Positions 13,882 through 28,319 of a stretch of 64,000 nt of DNA are shown one piece after another. Origin of the DNA: Felis catus (Eukaryota); contig NC_058368.1 of assembly GCF_018350175.1 (NCBI RefSeq), forward strand, positions 216,196,001-216,260,000, read 5' to 3'. The notes beneath the pieces were generated by a model, which saw only the letters and a list, made by a program, of their open reading frames with translations, made no database searches and was not told the origin of the DNA. Made by a program: the position numbers and the translations under genes. How positions within the stretch are numbered: position 1 is the first letter of the stretch; the number at the start of each line of letters is the position of its first letter.

Positions 13882-15964
13882 AGAAATAAATTTATTGATT
13901 GCTGATAGCAAAAGGATATCGGGAGGAGATTGATTGGAAAAGGATGTGACAGAACATTTAGGGTGACAGAAATGATCTCCATTATGATGTAGTCGTAATT
14001 AAATGATTGCAAGCATATAAAAAAAGTGTTATAGTGCATATACAAAACTGATTAATATGGCTATTTTAAAATCATATTTCAGTGAAACCCAACTAAAAAT
14101 AAATAAATAAAAGGGGAAATCATCTAAGGTCATTTAATTCTAAGGGTAAAATGTTTTTCATTATTTTACACTTCCTTCTTCGGCAAATACTATAATGTAT
14201 ATTAATCATCGTCATGTACCTAATAGTCTAATTTTTTAAGGTACTTTTTGGAAGGGTAGTCTCTAACATAAAGAACACTTAGTTCTTTCAGGCAACAGTC
14301 TCTTCAAGGGCTTATTCTAGTCTGTACCACATCTAGACTGTCTTCTTTTGGTGTATTCTATGCATGTTTCCAGACTGCAATTTAAGTTTTATTTGGAGCC
14401 ATATTTTATAGTCATTTTTTTGTCACATCTGTAGGCTCCATACAATTTTTCATCCTGTTCTAGAGTCCCCTGATACTTTGTCTTGAACATAGGCATGCAT
14501 ATACATAGGCATACATCCTCCCCAGGATGTCCACCCACAGGATCTTATCTTACTCCCTAGTATGCTGAATGCAGGAAAATGGGAATTTATAATACATCCA
14601 AAGAGCAATCATCATTTAACACATCATGCGTATGTGCTAGAGATTCTACCTTTTGGAAATGACAAGGTTTATCTCATTTAAAAGTGAATGGAAAATGAGC
14701 ATTTCACTTATAAACTTTAAAACATGAGAAAATTGAAGTGTACAAAATGTGAAAGTCTTACATATGGAAAAGACATGAAAAAATATGCATTTTGCCATCA
14801 TTTTAAATGATTGTGGATGACTTTTCTCGTTCCCTCTCTCTCGTTCCCTCCCTCTCTTTCTTTTCCTTCTCTAACTATTGAAAAAACCCGCATAATACTA
14901 ACTAAATGACATTAACTGAAAAAAAATGAACTGCTTAATATGTAACAAAATTGCCAAATGAAATGTTTAAGTCCGAAAGAGAAAGAAACATTGTACTGAA
15001 TATCATGAAGAAAAAAAAAATCATGTTTTCTTATCTACAAATAAATTGCCCTGACTTCCTGAAAGTGGCAAAATTCTTCCTGCTTTTGAGATGATAACTC
15101 AGTAGAACTGTCAAAAAGATCAAATTTCCTTCAAAGGATTAGATTTTGTCACAAAATTTGGAAGTACCTGTTCTCCTGAGGCAAATGTAAATACACTGTC
15201 AGTTTTTTGTCTTTGTGTTCCAACGCTGTATGACGGACTATCTCTTGGGAAATAGATTTGCTTCACTTACTTCTCAAAAGATTGACTTTGGACTAATAAA
15301 TATTATTTTAGAAAATTCAAGGTAAAATGATTCTTAATCAACAGTTGATAATGGATTTTTCAGGCTTTAAAACTCTTAAAGTTTCAGATATCAACTCAGA
15401 TTATTTAGCTAATTAACATAACAAATGTCATATAAATTTTTATCAATAAGCAAAATTGTATTCAGTTTAAAATCATGGTAGGCATTAAATAGCTAACCAT
15501 TTAAAATAGATACAAGCTATTCTATTTTCAGATAAATTATGATGGTAAAAATAAACTCATGATTATTTGATAAATATACAATGGTGATAAATTCTCAAAC
15601 ATTTGTACTTTGGCTAAGCCAAAGCATTACCTTAATAGTCAAAAGCAAGAATAACAAAAACAGACGATAAGCTATGAAAATATAGTCACAAGCTTTTACG
15701 CTTCAAGAATTACACAGACTTCAGAACAATATCTAAATTTTCAGTAAATGTTTTGGGTACTTAGATATCTTAATTAAGAGATGTAAAATTGAATATACAA
15801 TTGAAAACATATAGGTACTTTACATATGTGTATAAACACATTCACATACAGCCACACCCACACTTGCAAAGTCAATCTTCCTTAAATGGCAAAGATCTGT
15901 ATGGGGATATTGTGTAAGTACTCACCATTTAATTTCAACCTAGCAATATTGCAGTGTATACATT

Positions 15965-16273
15965 CTTTTTTAAAAATTGAGGTATAATTGGCATACAATA
16001 TTCTATTAGTTTCAGGTGTGCAACATAGTGATTCAATATTTGTGTACCTTGTGAAATGATCAGTACAGTAAGTCCAGCTACCATCTGGTACCATACAAAG
16101 TTAGTACAATGTTATTGACTATATTGTCCATGCTGTGCATTCCATCCCACGACTTATTTATTTTATAACTGTAGGTTTGTACTTGATTCTCTTCGTCCAT
16201 TTTGTCCCCCAACCTCCCTTCACCTCTGGCCACCACCAGTATGTTCTCGGTATCTACGAGTCTGGGTTTGGTT
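15965..16273 (-). mobile_element. Carnivore L1 3' end inserted in a MIR
   Basis: L1_Carn-type 3' UTR with TSD ttgcagtgtat. Flanks 15920-16420 are MIR-like. Confidence 0.85.
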
Positions 16274-16869
16274 TTGCAGTGTATGCCCTCTTTTATCCAT
16301 TTAACGAATAAGGACAAGGACCCTGAGATTCATCGGTTAAATAGCTTGCACAGCCTTGTGAGTGCCAAAGGTGGTATTTCACTCCAGATCTGCCTGTCTC
16401 TGAAGCTCACGATATACTTACCCTGCTGCAGATGTCTGTGGTTTGCTGTATGTCAACACAGATGCACAAATAAACAAGTGTGAAATGAAAATATACTACT
16501 AGGAACTAATGTGATTAGCAGTCTTTCATTCAATCCTATCTCCCTGATAAAGAGATACAAAAATATTTATCTCGAAAAAGAAATGTGTGCTGACTTTTCT
16601 TTCTCTTCAGTATGATTTATAAATGAATTTTTAAAGCAGCAGAGTTCATATAATCAAAGCATAACTTCCATAACCACTAAGATTTCACAGTTTTCCAGTG
16701 TCCTTGCTGGGACTCATCTAAGTATTTGAAGTAAATTATGTCAAAAAGATTTGACATATGTAAATTCATATCTAACAGAAAGGATGAATATCCCATAGGG
16801 AAATGTATTAAATTGATTTAAAAATCAATACAACAATTTCAATTGAATCATTAGACATATGTAGCGAGA

Positions 16870-19090
16870 TATAATTTAAAGGCCATAAATTATACTCATT
16901 TAAATGTGCAATTCAGTTTTTTTTTTAATATATACACAGAGTTGTGAAGAGATGCCATCAGCAGTTACTGCTGTTTATCTGACATCCCTCCAGATCTGGG
17001 AGATCTTTCTGTCTCTATAGATTCTCCTGTTGTGGACATTTCATTTGAATGGAATCATACAGTAGGTGGTCTGCAGCATGTATCAATGCTTCATTCACAT
17101 TGTATGGATACATATTCCACTGGATGTATAAACCACATTGTATTTGTCCATTTATCAGTTGATATATGTTCGGGGTTCCCGCCCCCTCATATTTCAGCTA
17201 AGGTGAATAATGCCACTAGGAATATTTCTATGCAACTTTTTTTTTAATGGATATGTTTTTATTTCTCTTAGGTATATAACTAGAAGTGGAAAAACTACAT
17301 CACAGGTGGATATTGTGCTTAAAATTTGAGGAAATATCAAACAGTTTCCAAAGCACCCCATTTTACATTTCCACAAGAAAAATATGACTGCTCAAATTCT
17401 TTATAGCCTGGTCAACACTTACTGTTATGTCCTTTGGCATAAAGCCTCCCTAGTGGATACAAAGTGGCATCTCATAGTTTCATTTTATTTCCTTAATGAC
17501 TAGTGATGTTGAACATCTTTGTATATGCTTATTGATCATTTATATATCTTTGGTGGAGAAATGTCTGTATAGATTTTTGCCCATTTTTTAAAAGAGGTGA
17601 TTTTTTTATTATTGAGTTTAATAATTATGTATTCTGATAAATATATAACTCCAGAATACATAAATCCAGAAGTCATTGCGTGTATTTTCTTCCATTCTGG
17701 GAGATGTCTTTTCCCTTCTGAGATGCTATTGGGTACAGCACATAAGTTATGAATTTTCATGGGCACCACTTTCTTTTTAATTTTTCAGTTGTACTTTTTG
17801 GGTGATGTATATGAGAAAACATTGTCTAACCAGATAAAATGAGGATTTATTTCTTTGAGTTTTTTTTTCTATGTGTTTTATAATTTTAGCACTTACATAT
17901 TTACTTTATCATCCCTTTGGTCTTTTTTATATGAATCGTGGAAAGGATCTGACTTCATTATTTTGCAGCTGGATATCCAAACTTTCCAGGAATATTTGTA
18001 GAAAAGGCTATTCTTTTCTCATTGAATGATCTTCCACCCTTGCTTGTAATCCATTGGCTATACATGTAAGTGCTTGTTTTTAGACTCTCAATTCTATTTC
18101 AACGATCTATGTTTCCACCATATGCCAATACCACACTGGCCTATTTATTGTAGCTTTATAAGTAAATCTTGAAGTCAGGAAATGTGGGTCCTCCAAATTT
18201 TTTCTTCTATTTTAAGATTGGGCCACTCTGGTTTCCTTGCATTTTCGTATGAAATTTAGAATCACTTTTAACAATTTCTACAAGAAATCGGCAGGGATTT
18301 CAATAAGGATTAGTCTTAAACCTGTACATCAATTAGGGAAGTGGCGACATGTAAATAAGGAAGTATTTTGATCCACAAGCATGAGATGTTTTCTCATTTA
18401 TTTAGATATTCTTTCATTCCTTTCAATGTTTCCCAGTTTTCACTACACAGGTCTTGCATTACTTTTGTTGAATACATTCCTAAGTATTTGATTCTTTTTG
18501 ATTCTATTGTATGGAATTTTTTACTTAATTTTACAGTTGAATTTTTTATTGAGATTGTATTAAAATGAAATTATTTTATATTAATCTTCCTGTACTTGTT
18601 TATTGGTTTCAATATTTTAATGAATTCCTTAGTGCTTTTTATTTATGACAACATGACATTTGAAAATCATTGTACTTCTTCCTTTCAATCTGAATGGTTT
18701 TATTTTTAATCTCTACTTGCCCTGGCTATAAAACACCAGTAAGTTTTTGGGATTAGTTTGCTCTAATGATCTTTTTAGTTTCTTAAGGTTGGAAGGCAGG
18801 TTATTGATTTGTGACCTTTCTTTCTTTTTTTTTTCAATTGCATATTGCAGCTGTAAATTTGCCTCTCTATACTGCGTTAGCTGCATCCTACAAGATTTCA
18901 TGTTTTATTTTCACTTTCAGTTATATTAAAGCTATTTAAAATTTATCTTGTGATTTCTTCTTTGATCTATCAGTTACTTAGAAATGCAAGTTAAATTCTC
19001 ACAGATTTATGAATTTTTACAATTTCATTTCTGCTTTCTTATTTTTAATTTTGACCCATTGTACTGAGATAATATTATTTGTATGACTCA
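16870..19090 (-). mobile_element. Old L1 (L1MB/MC-type) ORF2-3'UTR
   Basis: Minus-strand remnants EWKKI, KKWAK, QINNL; typical L1 antisense text. Confidence 0.85.
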
Positions 19091-19177
19091 ATTTGAAAAA
19101 GAAAATTCATAGTGTGGTATGTAAGGCAGACTTTATCATTCCAGGATGGAGAAATTGGAAGTTCAAAAGAAACCTTA

Positions 19178-19565
19178 GCGAATACTATATGGTTTCACTT
19201 ATATGTGGGACCTAAAAACAAACAAACAAACAAATAAAGCAGAAGCAGAACGAGAGTGGTAAATCTAGAGAACAAACATTGCCAGAGGATAGGGGAGTGG
19301 GGTGGGGAATGGGCAGAATAGGTGAAGGGGAGAAGGAGATACAGGCTTCCAATCATGAAATGAATAAATGGTGGGATTAAGAGGCAGAGAAGAGGGAATA
19401 TAATCAATGATATTGTAATAGTGTTGTATGGTGACAGATGGTAGCTACACTCGTGCTGAGCATGGCATAACGTATAGCGAAGTGGAATCGTATGTTTTAC
19501 ACCCGAAACCAATGTAACATCGTGTGTCAACTGTACTCCAATAAAAAATAAAAAATGAATTTAAA
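19178..19565 (+). mobile_element. Carnivore L1 3' end
   Basis: tactatatggtttcacttatatgtgg...gtatggtgacagatgg...aataaaaa. Confidence 0.85.
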
Positions 19566-19569
19566 AACA

Positions 19570-20651
19570 GGTCTTGGGTCCCAACAAATCTGAAACTCCA
19601 TAGGGCAAATTCCATAGACTTTAAAACTTGTGAAGAATTCTCTATGGCCCTGGAGGCCCTCTGGCTCCTCCAGACTGGTGGCCCTGCTCTCTTGGTCTGG
19701 GGAGGCCCCACTAGACAGCCCATCTGCTGAACCAATAGCATTCCCCTGGCTGGTCTCTGCTTCCATGACTCTGTCCTCAGAGTCATTTTCTTTCATTTTA
19801 TCTCATCTCTGTCCTTGTTAGTCCTGGCCCACAGTGTTTCTTTACGATGTGCCTTTATGATCTTTCATACAGCTTATGGGCATACATGCCACTAGAGGTA
19901 AAGGCTTTCCTACAGATCCTTTCTGGATAACCCAGTATGTATTTCTGGCTTCTGCTGAGGTACTGATTGGATTCACACATCACATGCCTAATCTCTTCTG
20001 TAAACTAAGCAACTGATTTTTCAGTTATACATTTGACCTTCTTTGCAAAGCGTACTTCCTCGTCTTTTGCTGCCACCTGGATAGGCTGAGAATCTTCCAA
20101 ATCATTAGGCATTGGTTCCATTTCGCTTACCAATTCTTTCCTCGACAGAAATCTTTCCTCTCACATTTTACTGTAAGCATCAAGGAAAAGCAGGACATGA
20201 CTTTTATACTTTGCTTGGAAACTTTCTCAACTAAATATACAATGCATTGCTTACAAGTTCTACTTTCCACCCAACAGTAGAACGTAACTCAGTCAAGTTC
20301 TCTGCAACTTACTTATAAACAAGGACCACCTTTCCTGTGATGTGTCATGCTCCTCATATCTGTCTGAGGGTATACTAGAGGCACCTTTCATATATTTTAC
20401 CAACTTTTTGTTCATAATTATATACGTAAGATAACAGAAGCTTTTCTACCATATTAATCACTTCCTTCTGCATACTCACCATAATTGCCCTTAAAATTCG
20501 TATTTCTAACCCACTTTCTGTCCGTGGAAATCTATCACATGATTCAAGTGCTTCAAAGCTCTTGCAGTCTCCACCCATTACCCAATTCCAAAGCCAGTTT
20601 GATATTTTAGGTATTTGTGACAGTAGCACCCCACTTCCTGGCACCAAAATC
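19570..20651 (-). mobile_element. MaLR (MLT1) internal sequence
   Basis: Junction reverse complement aaactaataca|gattttggtgccaggaagtgggg is the MaLR LTR-internal boundary. Confidence 0.75.
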
Positions 20652-21144
20652 TGTATTAGTTTCCTAGGACTGTCATTACAGTACCACAAACTGCATAACT
20701 TAAAGCAGCTGGAATTCATTCTCTCACAGTTCTGGAGGCTAGAAGTCTGAAATCAAGGTGAATCAAGAAATCAGGGTTCCCATTTGATCTGAGAGAGAAT
20801 CCCTTCCATGCTTCACTCTTAGTTTCTGATGGCTGGCAGTTCCTTGGCATTCCTTAGCTTGTAGATACTGCTATAATATTTCTCCAATTTCTACCTCTGT
20901 TCTCAGATTGCATACATTCTTTCCTGGGAATGTTTCTTCGCATCACTGTCTTCCCTCTCTGTACTTGTGTGCCCAAATTACCCTCATCTCATAAGGACAC
21001 CAGGCATTGGATCAGGGGCCACTCTACCAGTGTGACTTCATCATATTTCCTTTATAATCTATTTCCAAATAAGATTACATATGAAGATACTGGGAGTTAG
21101 GACTTGTACGTGTCTTTTGGGGGCATAAAATTGAATCTACAACA
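20652..21144 (-). mobile_element. MLT1 LTR (5' LTR)
   Basis: tgtattagtttcct...ctcacagttctggaggctagaagtctgaaatcaaggtg...caaca. Confidence 0.9.
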
Positions 21145-21423
21145 GTACCCTTAACATGCCGTCATGAATGCATAGTGTTTAAACTTTTTGTAAATACTCT
21201 TTTTAACCTTTTGTCTATGCAAACTACTCTAGGTTCATCCTGTATCTTTATTGCTCACCTCCCAGAATCAGTTGTTTCTCCAAAAGATCTAACTCCTTTT
21301 ATTGCAGATGGTATTGGAAACCAAGATCTGGGTACTAGATATGTTCCTTGCTACTAGAGTGCCATTTCTTTCAAGTTCCTTCAGTTGTCAGAATAAAGAA
21401 GTATATCCATGTATACCACACAC

Positions 21424-21467
<44 letters not shown>

Positions 21468-21915
21468 ATTGTAAATATTTCTATATTTAAATATATGTAT
21501 TTATCTTTCACCGATCTTGCATTCTTCCTGATGTCTTCATCTTTATTCATGATCATGGGAATCATTCTAGCTTCCTCCCTTGCTTATCTGCAAATTCCCA
21601 CTCCAACAGTGAGAAAGAAACCTGGTTTCTACATACTGTTATCCTTTGACTAAGCAATCAATTCCAGTATCTATGTCAAAGGGTCAGTTATCACATACTC
21701 TAGTGTGAAACAATGTAATCAATGAAAGGACAGTTCTCTTGTGCAGTTCCTTTTTGTTTTTATTCTTGTAGATTCCTATGATGTCTAAAGTTTAACAAGT
21801 TTTCCCTACAACACTTTCAGTTCAGTTGTTTCATGTATGTATAATACATTTAGACCCTCCTGCTACAAACTGCAGTTTATCCTAGGAACCCGTTGACAAT
21901 GTGGGTATATTTTTA

Positions 21916-22477
21916 ACCCCAATGTTTCTAGTAGCGCTATCAACAATAGCCAAAGTATGGAAAGAGCCCAAATGTCCATCGATGGATGAATGGATAAAGA
22001 AGATGTGGTGTATATGTATACGATGGAGTATTACTCAGCAATCAAAAAGAATGAAATCTTGCCATTTGCAACTATGTGGATAGAACTATGTGGATAGAGG
22101 GTATCATGCTAAGCGAAATTAGTCAGTCAGAGGAAGAAAAATATCATATGACTTCACTCATATGAGGACTTTAAGAGACAAAACAGATGAACATAAGGGA
22201 AAGGAAGCAAAAATAATATAAAAACAGGGAGGGAGACAACATATAAGAGACCTTAACTATAAAGAACAAACTAAGGGTTGCTGGAGGGGTTGTGGGTGGG
22301 GGGATGGGCTAAATGGGCAAGGGACATTAAGGAGGACACTTGTTGGGATGAACCTTGGGTGTTATATGTAGGGGATGAATCATTGGCTTCTACTCCTGAA
22401 ATCATTATTGCACTATATGCTAACTTGAATGCAAATTTAAAATAATAATAATAATAATAATAGTAAAATAAATTGAA
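21916..22477 (+). mobile_element. Carnivore L1 3' end with (AAT)n tail
   Basis: ORF2 end MFLVALSTIAKVWKEPKCPSMDEWIKKMW; probable TSD tatatttttaa. Confidence 0.92.
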
Positions 22478-22806
22478 TATATTTTTAAATTTGCATACAT
22501 TGAGGCTACATTTTATAACTGTAAAAGCTGTAAAGTTCTGTGGGTTTTGATAAATGCATAATGTTATCTATCCACCACTACAATGTCATATGTAATAGTT
22601 TTGCCGATCAAAAAAAAAAAAAAAGAAGGAAAAAGAAAAACTAACAAACCAAACCAAAACAAACCAAAACAAAACATAGCACCCTCTGTTTCACCTTTTA
22701 GGCCTTTCTATCATAACTCCAAATCCCTGGCAACTACTAATCTTTTAACTATGTCTATAGTTTTGTCTTTTCAAGAGTAACCTATGATTGAAATACAGTA
22801 TGGTCT
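22441..22806 (+). repeat. Left arm of an inverted duplication
   Basis: Reverse complement of about 25541-25960, e.g. aattgaatatatttttaaattt, gataaatgcataatgttatctatccaccactacaa, tttcaccttttaggcctttcta. Confidence 0.9.
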
Positions 22807-23910
22807 TTTCAGTATTTTTTTTTTCACTTTTCACTAAGTGTTTATAATCTCCCACTACTTTTTATGTCTTAATGAATTATTTTTTATCATTGAATCATAG
22901 GCTAATATATGGACCTAGTGTACTTTATCAAAATGCCTACTGAAGAATGTCTCAGCTATTTCCGTTTTGAGCAGTTATGAATAAAGTAGTTATAAACATT
23001 TGTGTGAAGGTTTTTATGGGTATGTAGTTTTCAATTCATTGGGTAAAGATGTAGTTTCATGATTGCTGTATCTTATAATAAGATTTTGGTAAGCTTTGTA
23101 AGAAACTGGCAAATTATCATTCAAAGTGTCTGTGCCGTTTCTCATTTCCACCACCAATGAATGAGAGATCCTGTTTTTTCTGCATTCTCACCAGCATTTT
23201 ATATGTTTTTTTTTTTGCTTGATGTAATAGATGTGTATTGACAGCTTAGATCGTTTTTGTTTTGATTTGTTTTGTTTCTAACTAATGGAAATTATTTTTG
23301 GAGCAGTATTAGGTTTACAGAAAACTAGAAGGAAAAGTATAGAGTTCGCACGTCCCTTCTTACCTTCTCCCTGTACCCCGATTCCTCCTAACAATAACAT
23401 CTTACATTAGTTTAGTTTTGTTACAACTCATGAACCAATACGGATTGATACATTACTGTTAACAAAAGTCCACATTTGGGTTCACTCTTTGCAATGGGTA
23501 TTCACAAATATACAATAGCATACACCCATAATTACAGAATAATATGGATTAATTGCACTTATTTCAATGTTTTCTTATTTTTATTCATATTTCTAAGGAT
23601 ACTATTTTATTTTTTAATATTCCCTTTCCCGTTAGGGAGCACTGGGTTTACATTCCTTGAGTTACTGAATGCTTAACATTTCTGTCTAAATAGGCTTTGT
23701 ACTTGAAGGGAATCTAAGTAAGTACACCATCTTTTTTCCCCTGTTTCTATGACTCAGAATCTTGCAGACATTTGTCTTTATGTATTTTCAAGACCTTCTT
23801 TTTAATTATGACAAAGCATTTCTTGATCACTTTTTTCCTAATTTACTTGAAATTGTTTAAATTCTATAAAAATTGTGTTTGGAATATTGTAACTTATATT
23901 TATACTCCTA

Positions 23911-24090
23911 TTTTTTTTAAATGTTTATTTATTTTCAGAGAGAGCGAGAGAGAGAGCACAAGCCAGGGAGGGGAAGAGAGAACAGTCCCTGATCCATCAG
24001 TGCATAGCCTGACAAGGGGGTTCATGAGATCATGACCTAACCCGAAATCAAGGGTCAGATGCTTAACCAACTGCGCCACCCAAGCACACC
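23911..24090 (-). mobile_element. Can-SINE
   Basis: Antisense head and tail. Confidence 0.85.
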
Positions 24091-24479
24091 TATAATTTTA
24101 TCTTTACATCTATGTTATTTGAGATAATTTGTATTACACCTATGTGTACCACAACAGAATAAATTATATTTGATCATGCAACACTATGTATTCTGATATA
24201 CATCAGAATTTAGCCCCATTCCTATGTATCACATGATTTTTCTTACATTGATCATCTTCCTGCCTGTGTAGTTCCTTTGTCTGCTTACTAATGAAAAGAA
24301 AGCATAATCCTGGCAAAACAGCACTTGTATTCATCTTTACCACTTCCAGTGTGGTTAAATCAATTGGTTTTATAACTGTCTTTCTCCCTTCCAGAATACT
24401 TTGGGGCGGGGAGGGGTGGGGGGGGGAGATATTTACTTAACAGAAAAGTACTGTGTGATGTGCAGATTCTCGGTTTTGA

Positions 24480-25507
24480 ACCTAGATTTGATAATCTAGG
24501 TGAAGTTCTCCAATTCCTTGAAAGACACAATTTGTCAAAACTCACATATGAGAAAATGCATAATCTGAAAAGCCTATATCTATGAAAGAAACCTAATCAA
24601 TAATTAATAACCTTCCAAAACAAAACATAGCAGACCCAAATGGGTTCCCTGGTGAATTCTACCAAATATTAAAGGAAGGAATTGTATCAATCCTCTACAA
24701 CCTTTTTCAGAGGACAGAAGTACAGTAAATCCTAATTCAGACTGAAGTATTCCAATACGGACACCAAAAATATTACAAGAAATCTACAGACCTGTGTCCC
24801 TTCTAAACACAGATGCAAAAATTCTCAACAAATATGAGCAAACGGAGCACAACAATGCATAGAAAGAATTAAAGATGGCACCAAAGTGGGATTCAGTCCA
24901 CTTATGTCAGGCTGGTACAAGATTTCAAAATCAATTAATGTATTCCATTACATCACCAGACTAAAAAAGCAAACTCACATGATCATCTCAGTAGATGCAG
25001 GGAAAACATTTGACAAAATGCAACACACATTCATGATAAAAACAACCTCTCAATAAACGAAGAATACTGGGCAACCTTCTCAACTGTGGTAAATACTGTC
25101 GGCAAAAAAAAAATTACAGCTAACGTCATACTTAATGGTGAGAAAGCCAAAGTTTCTTACTGAAATTTCATTCTTTTTAACATCATACCGAAATTCTAAC
25201 TACTGTAAAGATAAGGAAAGGAAATAAAAGTTGTACAGATTGGTAGTAAGATATAAAACTGTCTTTCCTTGCAGATGACATCATTGTCTATGTAGAAAGT
25301 CTGAAAAAAAAAGTCTGAAAAAATAAAATAAAAATAAAACAGAGAAAAATATGTCCCGGAACTAATAAGCACTTTTAGCAAAGTTTTAGGATACAAGGTT
25401 AATATACAAAAGTCAATCACTTTCCTATATACTGCCAAGAAACAAGTGGAATTTGAAATTAAAAACACATTACCGTTTACATTAGCATCCCAAAATAAAA
25501 TACCTAA
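24480..25507 (+). mobile_element. Old L1 ORF2 (RT region) fragment
   Basis: atgcaaaaattctcaacaa, catgatcatctcagtagatgcag, gcagatgaca (ADD motif). Confidence 0.9.
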
Positions 25508-25540
25508 GAGAAAGAATCCCAAGCAAGCTCCATGCTGCCA

Positions 25541-25960
25541 GACTATACTGTTTAATTTAAATCATAGGTTGCTCTGGAAAAGGCAGAACTATAGACATAG
25601 TGGAAAGATTAGTGGTTGCCAAGGATTTGGAGTTATGTTAGAAAGGCCTAAAAGGTGAAACACAGGGTGCTATGTTGTGTTGTGTTTTTGTTTGTTAGTT
25701 TTTCTTTTCTTTTCTTTTCTTTTCTTTTCTTTTCTTTTCTTTTCTTTCCTTTTCTTTTCTTTTCTTTCCTTTTCTTTTCTTTTCTTTCTTTCTTTTATTT
25801 TTGGATGGCAAAACTATTACATATGATGTTGTAGTGGTGGATAGATAACATTATGCATTTATCACACCCATAGAACTTTACAGCTTTTACAGTTACAAAG
25901 TACAGCCTCAATGTATGTAAATTTAAAAATATATTCAATTTCTTTTTGGTATTATTATTG
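25541..25960 (-). repeat. Right arm of the inverted duplication, with (TTTTC)n expansion
   Basis: Matches 22441-22806 in reverse orientation. Confidence 0.9.
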
Positions 25961-27349
25961 TTGTTGTTGCTGCTGTTATTCTTATTAGATCTGTTAAAGT
26001 TTCAGTAATCGATCTTTCTGTAACTTATATTTCATAATGGATACATGTGAAATATCATTTAATTGTACTATTGAGTGTGGAGGACTTTACCCATCCCCGA
26101 TGTAGGCATATTATAAATTTAGAACAAATGGTTTTGCATTTGCTCTTTGTATGCGAACGCCTACATTATTGCTCTCAGTGCTTCTCATGTTGGAATATAC
26201 TAGTCTCAAAAAAAATCCCTGATTTGAAGAAAGAAAAATCAACTATGAGATGTTTGAAGAGAGTAGGGATATTAAAATGGTCAGCTAGTTGCTAATTACT
26301 ACAATGGAGATTAATACCATCTCTAGAGATGCTCAGTATGAGCTAATACTGCAGCCTTCTGCCCAAAGCGTATCATTGCAGTAACAACCCTGCCAAATAT
26401 TTCCTGTTTTCACTTACACCTAATATTACTGATCGAAATGTTCCTTACAGTATTACTCAGGATGCACATACGTGCATATTGCAAAGTTTGACTTTAGAAC
26501 AAATGGCATTTCAATGGCAACTCATTTGGCAAACCGAGAATTCTGGAAAAAAATATATCAATGCGTAGGTTGAATAAAGTATGTATTCTGAGCAGGCATT
26601 CACTTATTTTGACGTCACACGCTTTAAATTGGACAGGCTCATTCATATATGCTTATCCTGTTCAATTCACGACCTCCAAAATAGGGATAGAATCTGACCA
26701 TCTTTACGGCAATAAACTATGCAGTCGTTTGATTGCTCATGTCTGGGTTCTTGTCAGAAAAAAACAAAAAAAAAGTTATTCTCTAGCTAGAGGATATTCC
26801 TATGCTTAGATTCCTAGGCAAAACCTGCTTTTTGGTCTAAAATGAGTATTATTCATTAGGCAATCAAGTAGAGTGCGTTAACAAAAATGATTTTGTCGTA
26901 ATTACAAAGTTGAATTTTTATGATTTATTCATGCAACACAGTGCAATCATCGAAAGTATTTATTGAATCCTAAAGTAGCTCATATTTCCAACAATGTTGC
27001 CTATTTCTTTAATCTGAGTACCACTATGCAATTAAGTAGGGTACCATGCATTTGGAAATATGTCATACATTCTATAACACAAAAGGCGGCTGGATGTGCC
27101 TTCTTCACAATATACGTTAGGATTGCTTCATGAAAGCATTAGTTACTCCTACAAAGCTTTCACTTGCTGCACCATCAAGCTTGATGTCGTTGAATTTGTC
27201 AGATCGCCTGAGACATGCAGCTGAGGGGCAGTTCTAAAGCCTTCATTTTAGCTTTCAATTCTTTCATCAGAGAATAGTCTCAGAACGTGGAATTTCCAGA
27301 CCAAAATGCCCCCTTATTATTACTCTCAGGGTTGGTAAAAGCATTTCTA

Positions 27350-27569
27350 AATTTTTTTTCCCACATTTTTATTTATTTTTGGGACAGAGAGAGACAGAGC
27401 ATGAACGGGGGAGGGGCAGAGAGAGAGGGAGACACAGAATCAGAAACAGGCTCCAGGCTCCGAGCCATCAGCCCAGAGCCCGACGCGGGGCTCAAACTCA
27501 CGGACCGCGAGATTGTGACCTGGCTGAAGTCGGACGCTTAACCGACTGCGCCACCCACCCAGGCGCCCC
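27350..27569 (-). mobile_element. Young SINEC_Fc with TSD
   Basis: TSD tggtaaaagcatttcta. Confidence 0.97.
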
Positions 27570-28319
27570 TGGTAAAAGCATTTCTATATGCCTGGAAATA
27601 GAAGGCTTCCTCACATCACACACGGTTTGATATACCAAGATTTTTCACTCTAGTAATAATCTCAGCCACATCTTTTGTCCAGGAGCCATTTTCTTTTATT
27701 GCTGATAGCAAATTAAACCACTTGGAAATGAATAATGCATATACCTAGAATAATAGAAGTTTTGGTCTTAATGACAGTTTGGCTATTTTTTTTTTAGAGA
27801 TTCTTATTTAAATTAAACGTTCAAAGATATAAATTGCTGAGAATGTTAAACAACACTGATTGAATTCTAGTCATATAAATATAAAGCATTCCCCTTCATG
27901 ATTTTCACCCCAATGTTTATTGAGCATCCATTACATTAGGGCACCATAACAATCACTTTGATACTGATGTTAACTCAAGAAATATCCATTGTATTCTTTT
28001 GCGTGACAGAGACAATGAAGCTTTAACACATTGTGTTTACAGACTTGCATTGGATGAGTCTGAGGAAATGAAAAAGTAATGCCTTCTGTAGGTAAGAGAA
28101 AAATAAAAATGTAATTAGAAAAAAAAATTGTAAAATGAATGATGAAATTCAGAGAACTGAGCTAAAAAGTTACCCATAAATTCAAGTGCTTTAAATATAT
28201 GTAAAGTATCAGAAGATTGCCTGGCCCTTATTCTTATTCATGCTTATTCTTAGCATGAATATCAAGTGTTAAGAAGTTCAAAACTTAGCTCACCATCTGC
28301 CTTGCATTCATGGTTTTGT

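Larger units (their letters stand above)
12200..14110 (+). mobile_element. Old L1 (L1ME-type) fragments hosting an LTR and a SINE
   Basis: gacaaggaacttgcatccagaatatata, cacttcaccaa and L1 3' UTR text. Confidence 0.65.
21150..23540 (-). mobile_element. Old L1MC/MD 3' fragments
   Basis: ggaaaccaagatctgggt, ttgtaagaaactggcaaa, ttccaccaccaatga motifs. Confidence 0.7.
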
